From positions 1 through 42,313 of the forward strand of contig CACXDY010000350.1 of assembly GCA_902766505.1 (NCBI GenBank): a stretch of 42,313 nucleotides of DNA. The letters run 5' to 3'. The DNA is from an uncultured Prevotellaceae bacterium. GTDB taxonomy: Bacteria; Bacteroidota; Bacteroidia; Bacteroidales; Bacteroidaceae. Under the pieces are notes generated by a model, which worked only from the letters and a program-made list of their open reading frames with translations, had not been told where the DNA came from and did not search any database. The position numbers and the translations under genes are program-made. Shown here in pieces: positions 36,560-42,313 of this stretch (positions are counted from its first letter, which is position 1; each line of letters starts with the position of its first letter).

Positions 36560-37270
36560 TTATGGCTTAAGAGTAAACCCGCAGAAAAAATAGGCTTTCT
36601 TCGAGTATGGGTTGGCCATCACTCCTGCAAATACAGGCAGGGTGAATTTTTCTGTTATCTCAATGTCTTTCGAAGCATTTAGACTGATGTTGGTCACTGA
36701 GAAAGCATCGGTCTCATAGGCGGTAGTGGCATAGGGGACTATACCTAATACTGCTTTCCAGTCCAGACCGCCAAGAGTGAATGGGACAGCTGCTTCCACA
36801 TACGAAGAATAGGCGCGCTTGCCGCTCTTGTTGACTCCGTCATTGCCGGCAAAGTTGGTGTACCAACTAAGTGACAACACATTGAAGTCGTAGCCTACAA
36901 AGCCCTCAAACAAATGGCTTGTCTTGTGACTCGCATAGACAAAATACTGAGGCTCGGGGGAGTTGAACCAATAGTCGGTCACTCCAAAACTGAGACCGCC
37001 TATCGTATAGCTGGCCGTTAGGTCAAACTCTTTCGGGTCGTTTGAGTCGGTGACTCCCACACTGCCCCATGCCGATAGTGACAACCCCTTATAACTGACT
37101 CCTAATGTGGGCTGGATGCTCACCTTGCCCAAGTCAAGACCACGCCAGACATATTGACTGACAAAATCTGCTGATATTTCTCCCTCCACTTTTTCCTGAG
37201 CCATGGAGACAAATGGAATGATGGTCAGGATAAATGCCGAAATAAGCGTCTTTTTCATTGTCATTTTCAT
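36560..37270 (-). CDS. Putative outer-membrane beta-barrel (TorF/TIGR02001-like porin)
   Basis: Signal peptide ending SMA-Q. ADFVSQYVWRG, SIQP, AWGS, KEFDL..SY, TDY motifs; alternating beta strands. Confidence 0.65.
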   Translation of the reverse strand: MKMTMKKTLISAFILTIIPFVSMAQEKVEGEISADFVSQYVWRGLDLGKVSIQPTLGVSYKGLSLSAWGSVGVTDSNDPKEFDLTASYTIGGLSFGVTDYWFNSPEPQYFVYASHKTSHLFEGFVGYDFNVLSLSWYTNFAGNDGVNKSGKRAYSSYVEAAVPFTLGGLDWKAVLGIVPYATTAYETDAFSVTNISLNASKDIEITEKFTLPVFAGVMANPYSKKAYFFCGFTLKP

Positions 37271-37373
37271 TCTTTATGCTTTTGTTTTATTGAAATAACG
37301 TAAAAGATGGCACGCATATTACATTTTTTATGTCGTTTTGGAAAGGATGTTTCCTAAAATGATTGGAAAAGTG

Positions 37374-37381
37374 TAACTTTG
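37374..37381 (+). promoter_or_regulatory. -7 element (TAACTTTG) for glutamine synthetase III
   Basis: TAnnTTTG+CA 34 nt upstream of the ATG at 37416. Confidence 0.65.
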
Positions 37382-37415
37382 CAGTCTAAATAGTGTGTTA
37401 TTATCAGTTCAGAGA

Positions 37416-39605
37416 ATGGCTAATTTAAGATTTCAAGTTGTAGAGGAGGCATTCAAGAAAAAACCGCTTGAGGTGATTTCTCCTGCAGAGCGACCTTCAG
37501 AATATTTTGGGAAATTTGTCTTCACACGTGACAAGATGTTTAAGTATCTGCCACATGATGTGTATATGAAGATGGTCGACGTCATTGACAACGGAACACG
37601 GCTTGACCGCTCCATCGCCGACGCAGTGGCTAAAGGCATCAAGCAATGGGCGGAGGAGAATGGGGTTACCCATTATACCCACTGGTTCCAACCTCTCACT
37701 GAGGGCACGGCCGAAAAACATGATGCCTTCATCGAACACGACGGAAAAGGGGGCATGTTGGAGGAATTCAGCGGCAAACTGCTCATGCAGCAGGAACCTG
37801 ACGCTTCCTCTTTTCCCAGTGGTGGCATCAGAAATACTTTTGAGGCCAGAGGTTATTCTGCCTGGGACCCGACATCGCCTGTGTTCATCATCGATGATAC
37901 ACTTTGTATTCCCACTATCTTTATCTCCTATACGGGTGAGGCTCTCGACTATAAAGCTCCTCTTTTGAGGGCATTGAGGGCTGTCAACAATGCCGCTACC
38001 GAGGTCTGCCATTATTTCTATCCCGAAGTGAAGAAGGTAACCTGCAACCTGGGGTGGGAACAGGAGTATTTCCTCGTCGACGAGGGACTCTATAGTGCGC
38101 GGCCCGACCTCATGCTTACCGGCAGAACCCTTATGGGGCACGACTCCGCCAAAAACCAGCAAATGGATGACCACTATTTTGGCACCATACCCGACAGGGT
38201 GCAGGCTTTCATGAAGGATTTGGAAATTCAGGCTCTCGAATTGTCTATCCCTTGCAAGACACGACATAACGAGGTGGCTCCCAACCAGTTTGAACTGGCT
38301 CCTATCTATGAGGATACCAACCTGGCCGTCGATCACAACATGCTACTCATGTCGCTCATGAAAAGGGTGGCGCGGAAACATGGCTTCAGAGTGTTGCTCC
38401 ACGAAAAGCCTTTTGCGGGTATCAATGGGTCGGGCAAGCACAACAATTGGAGTCTGGCTACAGATACAGGCGTGCTCCTGCATGCACCGGGCAAAACCGC
38501 TAAGGATAACCTGCGGTTTGTGGTGTTCATCGTTGAGACGCTGATGGGTGTATACCGCCACAACGGGTTGCTCAAGGCCAGCATCATGAGTGCCACCAAT
38601 GCCCATCGTCTGGGGGGCAATGAGGCTCCCCCGGCCATCATCTCTTCCTTCTTGGGAAAACAGTTGAGTGAACTGCTGCAGCATATCGAAAATGCCGACA
38701 AGAACGAACTGTTTGTCATGGAGGGAAAACAGGGGATGAAACTCGATATTCCCGAGATTCCCGAACTGCTCATCGACAATACCGACCGCAACCGCACCAG
38801 TCCTTTCGCATTCACCGGCAATCGGTTCGAATTCCGTGCCGTAGGCTCCGAGGCAAATTGCGCATCTGCCATGATAGCACTCAACTCCGCAGTAGCCGAG
38901 GCTTTGGTTGACTTCAAGAAGAGGGTCGATGCCCTCATCGCTAAAGGTGAGGACACAACGGGGGCTATCATCGATGTCGTCAGAGAGGATCTCCGTACAT
39001 GCAAACCCATCCATTTCGATGGCAACGGATACAGTGAGGAATGGGTCGTGGAAGCTACCGCCCGGGGACTCGATGTGGAGAAAAGCTGTCCGCTGATTTT
39101 CGACAGATACCTGGATCCTGAAACCATCCGGATGTTCGAGAGTCTTGGCGTTATGAATGCCAAGGAATTGGCTGCACGCAATGAAGTGAAATGGGAAACC
39201 TACACCAAGAAAATACAAATTGAGGCGAGGGTGATGGGCGACCTTTCCATGAACCACATCATCCCCATCGCCACACAATACCAAAGCCAGTTGGCCAAGA
39301 ACGTGCTCAATATGTTCGAAATCTTCAGCAGGGAAGAGGCAGAGGGCCTTACAGCCAGAAACAAGGGCATCATCAGGGAGATTGCTGAGCGGACCCAAGC
39401 CATCGAGACTGGCGTGGAGGAATTGGTGGAGGCAAGGAAAGTAGCCAACAGGATAGAAAATGTGCGGGAGAGAGCTATCGCTTACCACGACAACGTGGAA
39501 CCAATCATGGAAACTATCAGATACCAGATTGACAAATTGGAGCTCATCGTGAGTGACGAATGCTGGACTTTGCCAAAATACAGGGAATTGCTTTTCATCA
39601 GATAA
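37416..39605 (+). CDS. glnN: Glutamine synthetase type III
   Basis: Start reassigned to the ATG at 37416. HWFQPLT..TAEKHDAF, EPDASSFPSGG.RNTFEARGY, GWEQEYFL, HNEVAPNQFE, EKPFAGINGSGKHNNW, DRNRTSPFAFTGNRFEFR. Confidence 0.96.
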   Translation: MANLRFQVVEEAFKKKPLEVISPAERPSEYFGKFVFTRDKMFKYLPHDVYMKMVDVIDNGTRLDRSIADAVAKGIKQWAEENGVTHYTHWFQPLTEGTAEKHDAFIEHDGKGGMLEEFSGKLLMQQEPDASSFPSGGIRNTFEARGYSAWDPTSPVFIIDDTLCIPTIFISYTGEALDYKAPLLRALRAVNNAATEVCHYFYPEVKKVTCNLGWEQEYFLVDEGLYSARPDLMLTGRTLMGHDSAKNQQMDDHYFGTIPDRVQAFMKDLEIQALELSIPCKTRHNEVAPNQFELAPIYEDTNLAVDHNMLLMSLMKRVARKHGFRVLLHEKPFAGINGSGKHNNWSLATDTGVLLHAPGKTAKDNLRFVVFIVETLMGVYRHNGLLKASIMSATNAHRLGGNEAPPAIISSFLGKQLSELLQHIENADKNELFVMEGKQGMKLDIPEIPELLIDNTDRNRTSPFAFTGNRFEFRAVGSEANCASAMIALNSAVAEALVDFKKRVDALIAKGEDTTGAIIDVVREDLRTCKPIHFDGNGYSEEWVVEATARGLDVEKSCPLIFDRYLDPETIRMFESLGVMNAKELAARNEVKWETYTKKIQIEARVMGDLSMNHIIPIATQYQSQLAKNVLNMFEIFSREEAEGLTARNKGIIREIAERTQAIETGVEELVEARKVANRIENVRERAIAYHDNVEPIMETIRYQIDKLELIVSDECWTLPKYRELLFIR

Positions 39606-39610
39606 CGGGC

Positions 39611-39640
39611 CGAGTGAAAAATATACTCGTTTTTGTTTTG
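39611..39640 (+). terminator. Weak intrinsic terminator after glnN
   Basis: CGAGTG / TACTCG stem followed by TTTTTGTTTT. Confidence 0.4.
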
Positions 39641-39667
39641 AGTTGTTCTTTGCTTTCATTATCTTTG
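39637..39667 (+). promoter_or_regulatory. -33 (TTTG) / -7 (TATCTTTG) promoter for the LysM-OMP-POT unit
   Basis: TTTG at 39637-39640, a 19-nt spacer, then TATCTTTG at 39660-39667. Confidence 0.68.
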
Positions 39668-39691
39668 CTGACAAATTAGATTTGAATGGAA

Positions 39692-41068
39692 ATGAAGATA
39701 CTGAAATATTTGATGACACTTCTGCTGATGGCTGTCGTCGTCAGCGTGGCTGCCCAGACACAAAATGTCCGGACAATGCATAAAGTGGAGAAAAGTGAGA
39801 CGGTCTTTGGCATCGCCAAAAAGTATGGAATCACCATCGAGGACCTCATAGCGGTCAACCCCGAGATGAAACAGCAGGGGTATGAACTGAAAGCAGGCGA
39901 TACGCTGTGCATACCCTATGCCAAAAACCAGACTCCACAGTCGCAGACAACGGCTCCCGTCACAAATACCGTAAACAAAACCAATCCTACTACGGCTCCG
40001 CTGACCACAAATAAGAATGTGAAGGTGGGCGTTTTGTTGCCTCTCCATGACAATGATGGCGACGGCAGTCGCATGGTAGAATATTACCGGGGACTGTTGC
40101 TTGGGGCCGACAGGGTGAAAAAAGACGGCATCAATGTTGATATGCATGCTTGGAACGTGCCTATCGATGCCGACATCAATGTGACACTCAAGGAAAAAGA
40201 TGCGGCCGAATGCGATATCATTTTCGGACCTCTGTATACCAAGATGGTGAAACCTCTGGCCGATTTCTGTGCTAAGAATAATATTATGATGGTCATTCCT
40301 TTCTCCATCTCAGGGAATGATGTGGAAAACTACAACAACCTCTTCCAGGTCTACCAGCCCCAGCTGGATTTCGACACACAGACCATCAAGAACTTCATCC
40401 AATGGTTCAACAAGGATTATCATGTCGTGATCATCGATTGCGAGGATGAAAACAGCGGAAAGGCTGATTTCACCAAAAAACTGAGGACTGAATTGGAAAA
40501 CTATGCCATCAAGTATTCTCTCACCAGCTTGAAAACCAATGAGAAAACCTTCGCCAAGGCTTTCAGCCTGCAGCAGAAAAATGTCGTTGTTCTCAATACC
40601 GAGCATTCTCCTTCTCTCAATGCCACATTGGCTAAACTGAATGTCCTCACTGAGAAAAATGCGGATATTTCCGTGTCAATGTTCGGTTACAAGGAGTGGC
40701 TCATGTATACCAAGGTCTATCGTGATTATTATTTCAAATACGATACCTACATACCCACCTATTTTTATTACAACGACTTGTCTGCCGACACCAAATGGGT
40801 GGAGCGGAACTACCACAAATGGTTTGAGAAAGACATGGATGCCGATGCTCTGCCAAGATTCGCACTCACAGGTTTCGACCATGCCTGTTTCTTCATCGGA
40901 GGACTGGTACAGTTTGGCGATGGATTCAATGGTGGGAAAGGACAGATGACATACAAACCCGTACAGTCGCCGCTGAAATTCAAAAAAGCCGGCAAGGGAT
41001 ACAAAAACACCAACTTCATGTTCGTTCATTACAAAAACGACCGGACAATTGAGTCGGTTAACTATTAG
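39692..41068 (+). CDS. LysM peptidoglycan-binding protein with a C-terminal type I periplasmic-binding-protein-like domain
   Basis: Signal peptide ending VAA-Q. LysM HKVEKSETVFGIAKKYGITIEDLIAVNP..LKAGDTLCIP, T/N/P linker, KVGVLLP and DIIFGPLY. Start 39686 or 39692. Confidence 0.82.
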   Translation: MKILKYLMTLLLMAVVVSVAAQTQNVRTMHKVEKSETVFGIAKKYGITIEDLIAVNPEMKQQGYELKAGDTLCIPYAKNQTPQSQTTAPVTNTVNKTNPTTAPLTTNKNVKVGVLLPLHDNDGDGSRMVEYYRGLLLGADRVKKDGINVDMHAWNVPIDADINVTLKEKDAAECDIIFGPLYTKMVKPLADFCAKNNIMMVIPFSISGNDVENYNNLFQVYQPQLDFDTQTIKNFIQWFNKDYHVVIIDCEDENSGKADFTKKLRTELENYAIKYSLTSLKTNEKTFAKAFSLQQKNVVVLNTEHSPSLNATLAKLNVLTEKNADISVSMFGYKEWLMYTKVYRDYYFKYDTYIPTYFYYNDLSADTKWVERNYHKWFEKDMDADALPRFALTGFDHACFFIGGLVQFGDGFNGGKGQMTYKPVQSPLKFKKAGKGYKNTNFMFVHYKNDRTIESVNY

Positions 41069-41071
41069 CAC

Positions 41072-41851
41072 ATGACTCTAAACACGAAATGGTATCTAAA
41101 AAGGGCATTCGCTGCCTCGCTCCTTTGCGTGATGCTGCCCCTCTCGGCGCTGGCGCAGGTGGGCGAGCATAGGGACGACTTGTCGGTGGGTGCCAGTCTT
41201 GGATACTCATTGTCCTCGGTGGGCTTCAATCCTCGTGTGTCGCAGTCTCAGCATGGAGGCATGCATGGCGGTATCGCCATCAGGTATGTATGCGAGAAAT
41301 ACTACAGCATGGTTTGTTCGCTGCAGGGAGAGGTCAACTATACCGCAATGGGATGGAAGGAGAATATTCTCGATAAACAAGACCAGAAAGTTATCAATAC
41401 CGTGACTGGGAAAGCTGAGGAATATGCGCGCAACATCAATTACATTCAAGTACCGCTTTTTGCCCATTTAGCTTGGGGCAGGGAGTTGAGTGGAGCAAAT
41501 TTCTTCTTTCAGGTGGGCCCGCAGTTCGGCTATTATCTCGGTGAGTCCACTACCATGAATTTCGACTTGCAAAACATCAATCTTGCCGACAGGTCTAACA
41601 CAACGACGGAGCAATATTCCATGAGCGTGGAAAACAAATTCGACTATGGCATAGCTGGGGGATTGGGCGTGGAGTTCTCCATACCTCAGATGGGACATCT
41701 GATGGTCGAGGGACGCTATTACTATGGATTGGGTAATATCTATGGTAACTCGAAACGCGACTTCTTTGGTATATCCAATTTTAGTTCCATCTATATCAAA
41801 ACCACTTATCTCTTCGATTTGTTCACCACGAAAAACGTGAAACGAAAATAA
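41072..41851 (+). CDS. Porin family / outer-membrane beta-barrel protein
   Basis: Signal peptide ending ALA-Q. EVNY...GW, YIQVP, GPQFGYYL, FDYGIAGGLG, EGRYYYGL, YLF. Confidence 0.8.
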   Translation: MTLNTKWYLKRAFAASLLCVMLPLSALAQVGEHRDDLSVGASLGYSLSSVGFNPRVSQSQHGGMHGGIAIRYVCEKYYSMVCSLQGEVNYTAMGWKENILDKQDQKVINTVTGKAEEYARNINYIQVPLFAHLAWGRELSGANFFFQVGPQFGYYLGESTTMNFDLQNINLADRSNTTTEQYSMSVENKFDYGIAGGLGVEFSIPQMGHLMVEGRYYYGLGNIYGNSKRDFFGISNFSSIYIKTTYLFDLFTTKNVKRK

Positions 41852-41884
41852 TCTATTAATTAATAACTTAAATATCTTAACGCT

Positions 41885-42313
41885 ATGTTTGAAGGACAGC
41901 CTAAAGGTCTATTCGCATTGGCTTTGGCCAATACCGGAGAGCGATTCGGCTATTACACCATGATTGCCGTCTTCGCACTGTTCCTGCGTGCCAATTTCGG
42001 ATTGTCACCAGGTGTGGCCGGTACTATCTACAGTTCTTTCTTGATGTTTGTCTATTTCTTCCCACTCATCGGAGGTATCATGGCCGATAAGTTCGGATAC
42101 GGAAAAATGGTCACCATCGGTATCGTTGTCATGTTCATCGGTTACCTCTTGTTGGCTATCCCCATGGGAGGAGATACTTTCGCACTTATCTTCATGCTCG
42201 CCGCACTGTTGCTCATCGGCTTTGGTACAGGACTCTTCAAGGGCAACCTCCAAGTGATGGTGGGTAATCTCTATGATGACCCGCGCTATAGCGACAAGCG
42301 CGACTCTGGATTC
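41885..42313 (+). CDS. POT/PTR2 proton-dependent oligopeptide MFS transporter, 5' part (runs off the window)
   Basis: Not in the ORF track. My translation: MFEGQPKGLFALALANTGERFGYYTM...GGIMADKFG...GTGLFKGNLQVMVGNLYDD..RDSGF. Confidence 0.92.
   Translation, partial: MFEGQPKGLFALALANTGERFGYYTMIAVFALFLRANFGLSPGVAGTIYSSFLMFVYFFPLIGGIMADKFGYGKMVTIGIVVMFIGYLLLAIPMGGDTFALIFMLAALLLIGFGTGLFKGNLQVMVGNLYDDPRYSDKRDSGF

Noticed and set aside
38343-39719. 458-aa antisense ORF over glnN, and other long shadow ORFs (26914-27780, 29586-30380, 37497-38336, 7704-8525)
   Set aside because: Antisense to well-supported genes, with no recognisable motifs; expected from codon bias.

Overview
Core-chromosome segment of a Bacteroidales bacterium, most likely Prevotellaceae. 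Evidence: TAnnTTTG -7 promoters before most transcription units, A/T-rich start regions without Shine-Dalgarno sequences, and Gln directly after most predicted signal peptides. Left arm (minus strand): a lipid operon pgpA-like > gtrA > CDP-alcohol phosphatidyltransferase > AUR1/IPC-synthase-like > wzi-like > DUF3307, then rlmL-like > prolyl tripeptidyl peptidase > purD > membrane protein > DedA/YqaA > znuA > znuC, then a DUF2723/TMEM260-like GT-C glycosyltransferase. Divergent from the lipid operon are two tandem DUF5686-type outer-membrane paralogs, a PaaI thioesterase and an orphan LuxR response regulator. Centre and right: an LEA-like protein, a purF lacking its catalytic Cys, patatin + AraC divergent from an RND efflux operon, a small secreted protein, a 9-bp tandem repeat array, tRNA-Arg(CCG), asnA, dnaX, a putative porin divergent from glutamine synthetase III, a LysM protein, an OM barrel and a truncated POT transporter. 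I saw no mobile element, CRISPR array or defence system. The best candidate for an undescribed system is the inositol-lipid operon: it lacks MIPS locally, is translationally coupled to a Wzi-like barrel, and sits head-to-head with the DUF5686 pair. All family calls come from motif recognition, not database searches.
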